A stretch of DNA of 64,000 nt, taken from the human T2T-CHM13v2.0 reference genome, Homo sapiens. A program made the position numbers and the translations under genes. Position 1 is the first letter of the stretch, and every line of letters starts with the position of its first letter. This document shows positions 1 to 28,294 of the stretch, piece by piece. Below the pieces are notes generated by a model that saw only the letters and a list, made by a program, of their open reading frames with translations, made no database searches and was not told the origin of the DNA. The stretch lies in NCBI RefSeq assembly GCF_009914755.1, contig NC_060936.1; one strand, 5' to 3'.

Positions 1-404
1 TAAACGTGCCTCCCAGGTGATGAAGAGGAAGAATCTTTGAGACAGCATGCAAATTGAAGTTGCTATGCATTAGTAAGATGCATAGAACCTTCTAAAATGT
101 AGGAATATAGTGGCACACCATTAAGCCATACATAAATGCTTTGGTATATTTGCCCCAAATGTAGCAAAAACCATGTTTCTCTTTGTGGTAATGGAATTTG
201 TCTTCTTAAATAGCACCTTGTAGTTCCAGTTTTTCTGGCGCTAAGTTCCCAGTAAACATTTATCATCCAAATAATTGAGAACCATTTATGCCTTATTTCA
301 TACTTCACACTTTCCAAGAATGCCGAGTCACAAAATAAAAGTCTTAAATTAGGAAATTGTCAAAAATAGAAAAGGCTTCAGAGAGAGGTTTTTTGTTTTT
401 TTCT

Positions 405-690
405 GTTTGTTTGTTTTGAGCCATAGTCTCACCCTGTCGCCCAGGCTGGAGTGCAATGGTGTGATCTCGCTCTTCTCCACCTCCCCGGTTCAAGCGATTC
501 TCCTGCCTCAGTTCCTGAATAGCTGGAATTACAGGTGTGGCCACCACACCTGGCTAATTTTTTGTATCTTAGTAGAGACAGGGTTTCACTATGTTGGACA
601 GGCTGGTCTCGAACTCCTGACCTTGTGATCCACCTGCCTTGACCTCCCAAAGTGCTGGGATTACAGGTGTGAGCCACCGTGTGCCTGGCC
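405..690 (-). mobile_element. AluS-type SINE
   Basis: Antisense full-length Alu consensus. Confidence 0.92.
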
Positions 691-1497
691 CAAAAAGTTT
701 TTAAATGTTCAGAAGGGCTTGGTTTATCAGCTGAAGACTGGTTTTATTCCATTTTTATTGTTTTTTTCCTTCTTCAAGCAAATCTGTCTCTCAGTGGCAA
801 TAAATGTCATCTGTTCATCCATACTTAACAGTCCTCCTCTCCTTTGATGACTGGCATAGTAAGTGTTATTAATGACAGACTTGAGTAAGTTTAGTGAAAT
901 GCCCAGATCTTCAGGAATTCAGTAGGCTCTAGTAAGATGCTATACACAGTGAAATTTTTCCCGTCTTAGAACTAACTCCAAAAAATAAATAAATATATTT
1001 GATTTTTCAGATGTAATTTAGATGCCAGAAGGAGACCAGAATTGGGGTCTGTTTCTGCTGTTTAGCCTTACACATGACTCTTCAAGTCTGTTTCTTCATC
1101 TTCAAAGTGTAAAAAATAATGGTACCTAGTTCCTAGGGCTGTTTGAAAGAATAAACAGAATAATACCATGTAAAATGCCTACCACTGTGTTCAGAGCATA
1201 ATGCGTACCTAAGACATTGTTTAAAACAAAAGGAAATCCCTGCATGCATGGGGTCTGTGTTTTCATCTTTTTCTTGTCCTTGGAGTATTTCAGTCTCCTC
1301 AGGTCCTCTGGAATAAGTGTGGTGTTAAGGGTGGGAAGTCCTCCTGTAGCCAGTGTGGGTAGCCTCTAGAAGCTGATGCCTTCTATGAGGCAGAATCGAT
1401 TGGTTCCAAATAGCCCAAAAGAGTACATACATAAAAAGATGAAATTGACAAGGCGTTTTCTTTTTATATACTTGCTTTATTTTTTTTTTTTTAACAG

Positions 1498-1549
1498 TGT
1501 CTTCCATGAAGAAATGATGAAGATGCGACAGGCTAAGCTGGATTATCAG
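1498..1549 (+). CDS. TULP3: TULP3 coding exon 2 (52 nt): (S)VFHEEMMKMRQAKLDYQ, N-terminal IFT-A-binding region
   Basis: T-tract plus ttaacag acceptor; cag|gtgagc donor; translation matches recalled human TULP3 N-terminus; ends in phase with exon 3. Confidence 0.97.
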
Positions 1550-1979
1550 GTGAGCAGAGTCTCCTCTTTTGAAATAGGTGGCCAACTATACTGACCGTGA
1601 TGCTGATGGTCTTGGCTCTGAAGCCTTTGGCAGGGCTATGGAAAGAAGACTGGAAAGGAGAAGGCTCGGGTGGTTACCTGTGAAGCAGTGTCTGGAGTTA
1701 GTGGTTGCTGAACCAAGGCTCTGGCTATGGCAAGACCAAAGTGCTTTGAGGATGTCAGCAACAAGACTGGCCTTGGATTTACAATCACCAAAAATTCCTT
1801 GGCGCCTTTCTTTCTGAGGAATTAGAAGAGTGTTAACATTGTATTTCTGTGTAGTAATTTGGTTCTGCTACCTTAAGTACCTCTCTACGATGTCATTTCA
1901 CTTAACTGCAAGATGGTGTTCTTAGGCGAAAATGCATATCCGAGCTTGCTGCCATGCTGCTTTCAAATCTCCATCGCAG

Positions 1980-2285
<306 letters not shown>

Positions 2286-3291
2286 TCATAGAGCTGCTGG
2301 CACATTTAGTTTGTTTTCTCCATTACACTAAGCTCTGTGAGAACAGAGCCAAGCATGTTTTGGATAACCATTATATCAGAAGTTCTCAGCACAGTGCTGG
2401 ACATGTAGTAATCCTTCATTAGGTATTTGAACAAAGGAAGGACTAAATGAACGGTTTTGTGTTGTTACATGCTGTGATCATCATATTCAGGTAGCTTAGA
2501 ACGTATACCCAACATACATTGCATTTATATTCGCTTTTTTCTATGAATCTATTCTAATTCAGCAAATTCTGTAGCTAGGATCGTTAACAGTCAAGATGTC
2601 TGGATTCAATAGGTGACTAAAAGTCTCTAAAGTTTTGTCTTCTCTTCTTTATGTGGTTGGTGGAACTAATAATGGGACTTCTAGCCTAATAAATTATTTT
2701 AAAGGTGGAATTACTGAAAACTAAGAAACAAACTAATTTACTGTGATCTTGGAGAAAATTCTGTTACACACACACACATATACATACACACTTATCCCTC
2801 TGCCCGCAGAGATCACAGTAATTGTGATGAGCCCTTTATTTTCTTCATTCTGTTGCAGAGCAAATTGTATTTAGGGAGAAGTGGGCACAAAAATGTAGAT
2901 CTTTGATTTATTTTTATTCATTTTTATTCTTAGGCATCCTAGTATCGTAAGGCCCAATTGTACCTACTTTGTTAACATTAGATAAAATCTATGGTTCATC
3001 TATGGATCATGTTCTAAGACATCAAACTTTAAATTTTGTATATAGATACATTTTCTGAGTTTTTTTTTTTAAGGTGGCCCTAATATTTTGTAATTGTATT
3101 CTTTTCATTGAAAATGCTACATGTGATAATAAATGTTGTAACTTTTGTAAGCCTTTTTGTAGCACAATTTTTTTTTAATTATGTTTTTACATAGGTAATA
3201 AAAACATAAGAATTCAAATAATATAAGATAGATGTTTGATGAAAACATCTCTCTCTGCTTGGCTCAGTTCTTTATCAGTGGCTATCACTGA

Positions 3292-8280
<4,989 letters not shown>

Positions 8281-9180
8281 TAAAGTTATTTCATGGAAAT
8301 TTCCACCTATCTGATCTCCTTTAATTTCTTACTGTTTATTTTGACATCACCATTCAATATTTTAGCCCCAGGCAGTATAGTAAGACAGACCACTAAATTC
8401 TTGGGAAGATAGATTCTTTTACAGTTCAATTCCCAAGATAATTAGGAAATTTAAAAGTGATTAAATTTTAGTTTATATGACACTTAAAATCACGAAGGCA
8501 GTGTGTTTTAATTGCATTTAGGGCATCTAACCATCAGCTCTGGCTTTCTTCCTGGCTCCCTGACTTACTCTATCTTGGTAATGAGTCCTTCATTGATGTA
8601 GCCTCGTTTAAAGCACTTTTAGGTTTTCAGGGAAGTAAAATATAGATGGAATAGGAATTGACATTGTTACATTCAAACACAAGTAGCACTTCTCTCCTCC
8701 CCCATCCAAACTGCATGACGGTTTTCACCAAGATGGCAGCTTGCACATATATGTTTAATGGTATTTTTCTTATTTGTAAACTTGGACAGTAGTAAGATCA
8801 TTCAATACTGAGGTATAGTAGCTGTGGCCCTGATTACAGTTTGAGTCTACAGTTGTTTTTTTCTTAAGTCATTGGTCTAAATGAGTTTGATTTGTCTGTA
8901 AGTAGATAGAGAGAGGCTTCCCCAGATACCTTGGCAGGAACACTGTGGTCAGGGGTCTAGTCTCCCCTTAACAAGTGAGAGCTTAGTTTGTCAGTGAACT
9001 GGATATAACCAGGTCCTTTGGCACAAATTCACGCTAGTTAAACCCACACCAGTAAGTTTTAAAACCAGAACCCCAAGTTATTAATTTATAAAGGGAGCTC
9101 TACTCTTTCAGTGTGTATTCATGTCTACTGTTCATAATACTCTTTTCCTGGGAATACGATACCTAAGAAGTTAAACTTCA

Positions 9181-11218
<2,038 letters not shown>

Positions 11219-12194
11219 TAGTGTTCCTGGGTTAATGTCCTTCTATTCATGGTAATTCATGAAATCTCAAAATAATCTCCAAACAACTTAGTCCTTGCTC
11301 TAACACCTATTCATTCTTGATGGTATATTCTGTATTGGCACGTTATCTTAACTCCCCAATCTTTTCCCTCTATATGCAAGCTATTGAATTAATCAGTGTG
11401 CTCTCATCAGCCCAGTTCAGGAAAAACACACTTCCTTTTTTGATAGTCTCACCCCTTGGAGTGACTCTTCTTCCTGGAGGCACTTTTCTAAAACAGTATC
11501 GATGGAAAAAAGTAAACAGATGGCTTCTTTTGCCTGAAAAACAGTAGTAAGTGGGTTATAATATATTTGTTTTTTAATCATGTCTTTATTTTTTAGCATG
11601 GGGCTTAACATTTTTCCTACTCTGAGTTATCCCAGATCAATAATAATTTCTATATATTATAAACCCTTATTTGCCAAAAGGTACTAGTACTATGTGCTAG
11701 TACCTTCCTTTCCATTTCATTGGTTTTTTTTTCTCATAGTCTGTCATGCTTGTTTCCTGACTTTTCTTGCTACCATAGTCTTTATCTTGCTTTTATTCAT
11801 AGAGTTGACTGCTTTCTATTTGATATGTTCCAACTGCCATTTTTTTCTTCTCACCCTTGATCCAAATTTGATTTCTAATTATATAAGATAAACAAGAATG
11901 CCAAACTTACTGCCCTTTGACTAATTAGAACATGGAAATAATTTGAGTTTTAGAGAATAATAAAGTTTTTTTCTTCCATTTACAAAAGTAAGAAAACTTA
12001 AAAAAAAAAAAAGACTAGAAAAGAGAAAACAATCATGCCATAGTCTGCCACCTGAAGAAACCACCCTTGCTGTGTTCCTCCATCTGTCCTCCGTGCATGT
12101 GTGTTTGTATGTTTTGAGCTTGTGGTCACATTTGATAATGCTATGATGATTCCCATACATCTTTAGTAGACTTGGTTACAAATGCACTGTGTGG

Positions 12195-12492
12195 GACAGG
12201 TGCAGTGGCTCACGCCTGTAATCCCAACACTTTGGGAGGCCAAGGCAAGCAGACTGCTTGAGCTCAGGAGTTTGAGACCAGCCTGGGCAATGTCGGGAAA
12301 CCCTGTCTCTACAAAAATACAAAAAATAGCTGGGCGTGGTAGCACACACCTGTAGTCCCAGCTCTTCAGGAGGCTGAGGCAGAAGGATTGGGCGCGCCTT
12401 GGAGGTCAAGGCTGCAGTGAGCTGTGATGGTGCCACTGCACTCAGCCTGGGCAACTGAGTGAGACTCTATCTCAAAAAAAAGAAAAAAAAAA
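12195..12492 (+). mobile_element. AluJ-type SINE upstream of exon 3
   Basis: Alu consensus with J-type motifs (gaggtcaaggctgcagtgagctgtgat). Confidence 0.88.
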
Positions 12493-12728
12493 GCATCATC
12501 TGATTTTAAATAGATCTTTATAGGTGTTAGGTGTTCAAAAGTATTTGTTAAATGAAATGATTGAATCCTTACTCCTCTCTGTGCCTCAGTTTTCCCATTT
12601 CTTAAATGGGGAAAAAATAATTTACAAGATGTTTTGTGAGGATCAGTGAAAAACAAACTGGGCATGTTGGAAATGGTTAGGTCATGTCAAAACTCTCCTT
12701 GCTGGCTGTCATATCGCTTTTTTCCCAG

Positions 12729-12888
12729 AGGCTACTACTTGAGAAGAGGCAAAGGAAAAAGCGCCTTGAGCCATTTATGGTGCAGCCCAATCCAGAAGCC
12801 AGGCTACGTCGGGCAAAGCCAAGGGCCAGTGATGAGCAGACTCCCTTGGTGAACTGTCATACTCCCCACAGCAATGTCATCTTACATG
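12729..12888 (+). CDS. TULP3: TULP3 coding exon 3 (160 nt): RLLLEKRQRKKRLEPFMVQPNPEARLRRAKPRASDEQTPLVNCHTPHSNVILH(G)
   Basis: tttttcccag acceptor, g|gtgtgt donor; inside ORF 12684..12917; tubby-family N-terminal motif. Confidence 0.97.
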
Positions 12889-13107
12889 GTGTGTATTTAG
12901 GCAGCATCACTTCCTAGTGGGGTACAATTTTCACAAACCTAGAAGGCACGAGGATTGTCAGACGGACCAAAGGGACAATATTATTAGCACCATTACTAGG
13001 TACCTTCATAAATCTTTATAATCACATTTGGGGTCTTTGAGGAGAATAAAAGCAATGATATAATCAGTGGAAGATGCCTTAAGGTTTGCGTCCATTTTAG
13101 AACTGTT

Positions 13108-13405
13108 GTTTTCTTTTTTTTGAGACGGAGTTTTGCTTTTGTCGCCCAGGCTGGAGTGCAATGGCGCGATCTTGGCTCACTGCCAACCTCCTCCTCCCAG
13201 GTTCAAGTGATTCTCCTGCCTCAACTTCCCGAGTAGCTGGGTTTACAGGCGCCTGCCACCATGCCCGGCTAATTTTTTTATACTTTTAGTAGAGACGGGG
13301 TTTTACTATGTTGGCCAGGCTTGTCTCGAACTCCTGACCCAGGTGATCCACCCGCCTTGGCCTCCCAAAGTGCTGGGATTACAGGCTTGAGCCACCATGC
13401 CCGGC
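13108..13405 (-). mobile_element. AluS-type SINE; TSD agaactgttgttttc
   Basis: Antisense Alu with duplicated flank. Confidence 0.9.
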
Positions 13406-13767
13406 AAGAACTGTTGTTTTCTAGATGCCAGATGAATGAGTTTAGAATGACCTATTTGAGGAGCTCTTGATTGTTAAATCGTGGCAGAGGTGAATCATGA
13501 AGCCGGGAATAGGTAGAGAGCGTCCGTTCTTCCAACAGATAGTTGAAAGGATCATCTGAGATGGGGAGGGGCGGAGGAAGAATAAGATTGTAAGTGCCTC
13601 TAAATCAAGCCACTGGAGCTATTGGCTTGTACAGGATCTGTACTATGGAGGACCTACTTTGTTTTCTTGGTCTCATTCTTAAGTTTCTGAAGTACATATT
13701 ACTTCAGTTACTGAAGTACAAGTACATATGACTTTAGTAACAGAGCATGTTAATAAAATGAACACCA

Positions 13768-14058
13768 GGCTGGGCGTGGTGGCTTATACCTGTGATCCCA
13801 GCACTTTGGGAGGCCAGAAAGGCAGATCACTTAAGGCCAGGTGTTTGAGACTAGCCTGGGCAACATAACAAGACTCCATCTCTACAAAAAAATTAACAAT
13901 TAGCCAGGTGTAGTAGCACACACCTGTAGTCCCAGCTACTCGGGGGACTGAAGTGGGAGGATCGTTTGAGCCTAGGAAGTCGAGGCTACAGTGAGCTGTG
14001 ATTACACCACTGCTCTCCAGCCTGGGTGACAGAGTGAGATCCTGTCTCAGAAAAAAAG
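13768..14058 (+). mobile_element. AluJ-type SINE; TSD gaacaccag
   Basis: Alu consensus. Confidence 0.88.
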
Positions 14059-14227
14059 AACACCAGTTCTGACCTTCTCTCTTAACAAATGTTCTTATGG
14101 ATGTTAAGAAAGGAGGGCAGATAAAATGATTTGGTAGTTCTTAATTCTGATCACATACGCCAAATCTACCCAACTAGTGAATAATACTTTGCTCCTTTTT
14201 TAAAATTCATTTTATTTTGGCCCTTAG

Positions 14228-14368
14228 GTATTGATGGTCCAGCTGCTGTCCTGAAACCAGACGAAGTTCATGCTCCATCAGTAAGCTCCTCTGTTGTGGA
14301 AGAAGATGCTGAAAACACCGTGGATACTGCTTCCAAGCCAGGACTTCAGGAGCGTCTCCAAAAGCATG
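14228..14368 (+). CDS. TULP3: TULP3 coding exon 4 (141 nt): (G)IDGPAAVLKPDEVHAPSVSSSVVEEDAENTVDTASKPGLQERLQKH(D)
   Basis: cccttag acceptor, g|gtgagg donor; phase 1-1; open frame continuous with exons 3 and 5. Confidence 0.96.
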
Positions 14369-14821
14369 GTGAGGACTGGTAATGATTTTAAGGCAATTTG
14401 TCTCCTTACTCAATTGTAATCTTTTCCTTTCTTTTCATTGTGGGTAACAATCTACATGACTGAAAATGACTCATGGCTTAGGGCCTCACAGAGGTGACAG
14501 TGTTTAGCATCTTTTACATCTGAATGTTGGTAATTGTCAGCAATGGTAGTATTTATACTGTTGCCTGAGAAAAAGAAGATAATTAAATATAAAATACTAG
14601 CTGCCATAGATGGCCATAGATGACTGTTTGTCTCTTTTTGACTATTTTCAGTTCCCACCCTCTTCTTCTGACAGAGTTGTCACTCAACCCCTCTACTCCA
14701 CCTCCATTTCATAGTTGGTGATGATTGATAGCCTTTCTTCTAGTTGGAGCTCTCATTTCCATAAATATTCCCATACATTTCAAAGGTCCCTTGTAGTCTT
14801 CTTTCCTTTTTAGAAAAATAA

Positions 14822-15128
<307 letters not shown>

Positions 15129-15342
15129 GAAAAATAATTTTATAATGAGAAGGGATTAAGCATCCCCTTTGCAGATGAGAAAACTGAAGCCCAATAATGA
15201 ATATGTATTGGGTACCTACTTTGCATTAGGCAAACATTGCTAGGTCCTGGCATATATGAATCAGGAGATTCTACCACGGAATGGCATAATAAATGAACGT
15301 TTAAACAAATTTGTATATTCACTTATTTAGAAAGTATGTTTT

Positions 15343-21866
<6,524 letters not shown>

Positions 21867-22184
21867 GCCCTGCCTAAAATTTACAACTTTAATCAATTTT
21901 AAGTGTGAGATTCAGTGACATTAAGTGTATTAACAATGTTGTGCAACCATCACTACCATCCATCTCCAGAACTTTTTCATCATCCCAGAGACTTCACACC
22001 CATTCAAGATAATTCCTCATTCTCCCCTGCCCCCAGCCCCTAGTAACCTCTATTCTACTTTCTGTCTCTATGAATTTGCCTGTTTTATGTATTTGGACAA
22101 AATAGTTGTGTTTACGGTCAGAATAGTTAGGAATGTTTTAAGCAAGAAAATTAAAACTATCTTTGTTTCAAAGACCTTTTTTAA

Positions 22185-22680
<496 letters not shown>

Positions 22681-23013
22681 TGAGCCACAGTGCCCAGCCC
22701 TCAAACATATCTTCAGTATTTAAATACCATTACTGAGTGAGGGTTCCTTCAGAAGTGTAAGCTCAAATTTAGTTTATGATCTAATTTTTTCTGTCTCAGG
22801 TCAGCTATTGTGAGGCTTTGTCCCATTTTGATACTTACTTTTCATTACTCTCAATATTCATATACTTAATTTAACTTTTCAGTTTTCCTCATTCTGTCAG
22901 AAGACTGAAGACACGGGTAAATTACTAAGTTGCTTTGTCCACTAAGTGTTTTTCAAAGAGAATCAGATTTTGAGTCTCGGCCTGTTGTTGCTCATGTATG
23001 GCTGTCCTTTCAG

Positions 23014-23217
23014 GATACAGGCACTTCCGGTTCTGCTACTGCCGCCCAACCAGCTGATAACCTCCTGGGAGACATAGACGACCTGGAGGACTTTGTGTAT
23101 AGTCCTGCCCCTCAAGGTGTCACAGTAAGATGTCGGATAATCCGGGATAAAAGGGGAATGGATCGGGGTCTCTTCCCCACCTACTATATGTACTTGGAAA
23201 AAGAAGAAAATCAGAAG
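23014..23217 (+). CDS. TULP3: TULP3 coding exon 6 (204 nt): DTGTSGSATAAQPADNLLGDIDDLEDFVYSPAPQGVTVRCRIIRDKRGMDRGLFPTYYMYLEKEENQK; start of tubby domain
   Basis: cctttcag acceptor, aag|gtatga donor; tubby-domain motif PAPQG..C.I.RDK.GMD.GLFPTY. Confidence 0.98.
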
Positions 23218-23779
23218 GTATGAGAATTGATTTCTAAGAAAACTCTTGAGAGAGAGAAGAATGTTGTGGGAATAGATTGTTGATGGGCCTTAGGGAACTA
23301 ACTCTGGTATTAGACCAAGCCAGCTGGAAGTAGATTGTATCTTTCAGTCCCCAGATGCTGTGTTCTCATTTTCTGCAAAGAGCTCATGGTCTAATAGGCA
23401 GCAAGCTCTACCCTCCCACAAATAAGAGCTTTATCCACGAAGTGGGAAAATGGACGGGTAGTTGTTAATGTAATTATTTTCACCTGTCTCCCATGATTGA
23501 GTTTTTGAATGTTACTGTTTGTTCTTTTGGTTTTTCTTTTTATTACGGAAGAACATGACATTGTGGAAGGAGAGTGAGTTTTAGGGAATAGGAGGAATTA
23601 GAAATACAGAAGGACCTACAAGTTAAATGTCTTGTTTCTCACCCTAGAAATTCCAATTTATTTTATAAGTTTGAGCCAGCGATGAACTTTATTTTATTAA
23701 TTTTGTATTAATACCAGGTCTTAACAGATGATTTTAAGAGCCTAGAAATAAGATAATGATACTAGGTGTTAATTCTTCT

Positions 23780-24020
23780 AACCACCATTTATTGAGTGTT
23801 TACGACAGACCAAGCATATGCATATATATCTATATATATTATCACCTGTAATCCTTGCAGCCACCTTGTTAGGTAGGATTTCTTATCTCTGCTTTAAAGA
23901 TGAGGTAACTGGGGCTTAGGGAGTGACTTACCTACCCCACGTTGCACTAAGTGGTGGCAGAGCCAAATTCAAACCTATTTTGCATAATTCTAAAGTCTTC
24001 CTGCTTAGCCACTGCCACTC
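23780..24020 (-). mobile_element. MIR SINE
   Basis: MIR core-like text (ctttaaagatgaggtaactggggcttagggag...gtggcagagccaaattcaaacc). Confidence 0.7.
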
Positions 24021-24402
24021 TCCTGCTTCCCTATTATGGTCCTAGTCTAGGAGAGTTTAGGAAGGATGCCTATATAGGATGGTATTCATGCCATTGAGGT
24101 CACAGTGGTTTAACACAACAGCAGTATAGAAAAAAGAGTATTTCCTCCCTGGAGAGGCTTCCCTTTTGTCCCTTCTTGCCCTTTGCCTAATCAGAGTCTT
24201 TCCTGATGTGCTTCACCAGATGTGGTTGACATTCCTCTGTCTGTGTCCCCATGGCATGAAGAAAGCTATCACAGGCCAGGTGCGGTGGCTCACACATATG
24301 ATCCCAGCACTTCGGGAGGCTGAGGCAGGTGGATCCCTTGAGGACATGAGCTCGAGACCAGCTTGGCTAACATGGGGAGACCCTGCCTCTAGCAAAAAAT
24401 TA

Positions 24403-24549
<147 letters not shown>

Positions 24550-24838
24550 CTATCTCAAAAAAAAAAAAAAAAAAAAGCCATCACAGTAAAGAATGGGAAG
24601 GTTTTCAGGATCCTGTCTCTCCTAAGGTTGGAAAGACTCTTAATCATGGCATTGGATGAACATTGATTGTTATTTATTTATTGGATTTTGCAAGGTTGCC
24701 CAGGCTGGCCTTGAACTCCTGGACTCCAGTGATCCCTCTACCTCAGCCTCCCAAGCAGCTGGGATTATAGGCTCATGCCACCTGGCCCAGCTTTGGAGAT
24801 TTTTTTTTTAACTGGAAGTTTTAGGGATGAAGTTGTAA

Positions 24839-25099
<261 letters not shown>

Positions 25100-25394
25100 T
25101 AGTAGAGACAGGGTTTACGCTGTTAGCCAGGATGGTCTCGATCTCCTGACCTTGTGATCTGCCCACCTCGGCCTCCCAAAGTGCTGGGATTACAGGCGTG
25201 AGCCACCACACCCGGCCTGATAGTGAATTCTGATAAGAGAGTTAGAGAAAGGGATAAAGGCCCAAAGATTAACAGCTTGACATATGCTGAGGACTTGCTA
25301 AGCACTGGCTGAATGAATATGTAGGACAACCATGACCAGAGGTGGGGCAGGTTCTCTGGACTTCATTTTTGACTGACACTTTTTCTTTTCCCAG

Positions 25395-25507
25395 ATATTT
25401 CTTCTTGCAGCTAGAAAGCGGAAAAAGAGCAAAACAGCCAACTACCTTATCTCCATTGATCCAGTTGATTTATCTCGTGAAGGAGAAAGTTATGTCGGCA
25501 AGCTTAG
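25395..25507 (+). CDS. TULP3: TULP3 coding exon 7 (113 nt): [37 protein letters not shown](R)
   Basis: ttttcccag acceptor, ag|gtgaaa donor; conserved tubby motif [18 protein letters not shown]; GKLR carries the PIP2-binding K268/R270, with the R270 codon split across exons 7/8. Confidence 0.98.
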
Positions 25508-25527
25508 GTGAAAGCAACCTTAGATCA

Positions 25528-25959
<432 letters not shown>

Positions 25960-26423
25960 TCAGGCCTATAATCCCAGCATTTGGGGAGGCTGAGGTGGAG
26001 GATCACTTGAGGCCAGGAGTTTGAGACCAGCCTGGGCAACACACTGAGACATTATCTCTTCAAAAAACTTTAAAATTAGCCAGGCGTGGCAGTTCTCACC
26101 TGTAGCCCCAGCTACCCAGGAGGCTAAGGTGGGAGGATGACTTGAGCCTGGGAGTTTGAGGCTGCAGTGAGCTATGATCCCTGCCACTGCACTCCAGCCT
26201 GGGCGACAGAGCGAGACCCTGTCTCGAATTAGTAAGTAAATAAAAAGTTAAAAGAAAATCTCAGTTCCTTCCTTGCTTTAATGAGATATTTTTGAAAAAG
26301 TGATGATGAACATTGAGACATTTGGAAAACAGGCAAATAGGCTTCCATTTTCCTTCTCTTAGATTGTGTTTGTATAAGAAAAAAAATACAGATCATCATG
26401 GTGACTTTTTCTCCTGACTCCAG

Positions 26424-26538
26424 ATCCAACCTCATGGGGACCAAGTTTACAGTTTATGACCGTGGCATCTGCCCCATGAAGGGCCGGGGTTTGGTAGGAG
26501 CGGCCCACACCCGGCAGGAGCTGGCTGCCATCTCCTAT
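26424..26538 (+). CDS. TULP3: TULP3 coding exon 8 (115 nt): (R)SNLMGTKFTVYDRGICPMKGRGLVGAAHTRQELAAISY
   Basis: ctccag acceptor, tat|gtgagt donor; tubby motif RSNLMGTKFTVYD. Confidence 0.98.
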
Positions 26539-27945
26539 GTGAGTGCTGCTTTCCCAGGGCCGCTGCCTGCCCTCCTGGTGTCCTGCTGGCACTTTTCACC
26601 TAGTGTCGCTGAAGAACCTCCCCTCCCAAGCTTGTTTCTATTTCTGTGATTTCTGTTGCTGTACCATTTTCTCCATGTATTTGAGTTTTAGTTATTTGAA
26701 TTGCCAAGTTCAATTATTTTTCACTCTCAGAACATTTCTTCCCTTATTTCCTTTTCTTTTTTCCTGCTGCCACTTAATTCAGACCTTTACTTCTTACCCA
26801 GTGGCCAAAGGTTACAATAAATTAAAGCTGATCTTTTTTTGCTTTTAATCTTTTCCTATCTAGTTCATTCTCTTTTTTCTCTTTTTAATCTCTTTTTCTT
26901 ATTTTTTTTCCTCTTTTTGGCATTTATAGTCCACTTCTTTTTAAATTGTATCTTATTATTATTTGTTTTATTGTCCTTTTTCATTTCATTTCACACCCGG
27001 GAAAGGCTTGAGAACTATCTAGCTCGTTCTCTGCTGCCACCAAATGAATCTTCCTACAACGAGGCTCCAGTTGATCCTCCTGTTCTGCTTCAAATCTTTT
27101 AGTGACTACCCATTGTGTGAGATCTAACATGGTAGCATTTGCTTTCAGACTTCTCTATTGGCATGCCCCTCCTTCCCATCATTCTAGCCAAGCAGCCCTC
27201 CTGTCATTCCTTTGTCCAACCACACTCATCTTTCCTCCTTGGAGAGGCTTCCCTTTTCCTCTTTCTGGCCTTTTGCCTTATCAAAGTCTTTTCTGATGTA
27301 CTCCACTAGATGTGGTTGACATTCCTTCATCTGCGTCCTTGTAGCATTTGTAACCCACATGTATTTGTTATTACTTGTTCAACATGAACCGTTTCCACCA
27401 GTTTGTAAACTTGTGAATTCTTACTCATGGCTATATCCATACTAGCACATGGCTTGGCACACAGTAGATATTCAAAGAGTTGTTGAGTAAGAGAAAGCAA
27501 GAAGGAATTGACCCATCTCAGCTGGTTTTTTTATTCCAAAGTCTCAACTTTCTTAAGTTGAAATTAATCCCATGAGATCTTATCTACATGCCTGAGAACC
27601 ATTTGACTTCACACTTTAATGTAAGGTGTCTTTCCTCTATAGCTTTCATATATAATCTGCTTGGCTTGGCTGGGCTTGGTGGCTCACACCTGTAATCCCA
27701 GCACTTTGGGAGGCTGAGGTGGGCAGATCACTTGAGCCCAGGAGAGACCAGCCTAGGCAACATGGTGAAACCCCATCTCTACTAAAAATACAAAAATTAG
27801 CCGGGCATGGTGGCAGTCGCTGGAGTCCCAGCTACTGGGGGCACTGAGGCAAGAGGATCACCTGAGTCTTAGGAGGGTCGAGGCTGCAGTGAGCCGTGAT
27901 CACACCATGCACTCTAGCCTGGGCGACAGCATGAGACCCTGTTTA

Positions 27946-28294
<349 letters not shown>

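Noticed and set aside
26839-27102. Hydrophobic 87-aa ORF resembling a membrane peptide
   Set aside because: Translation of a T-rich low-complexity tract, non-ATG start
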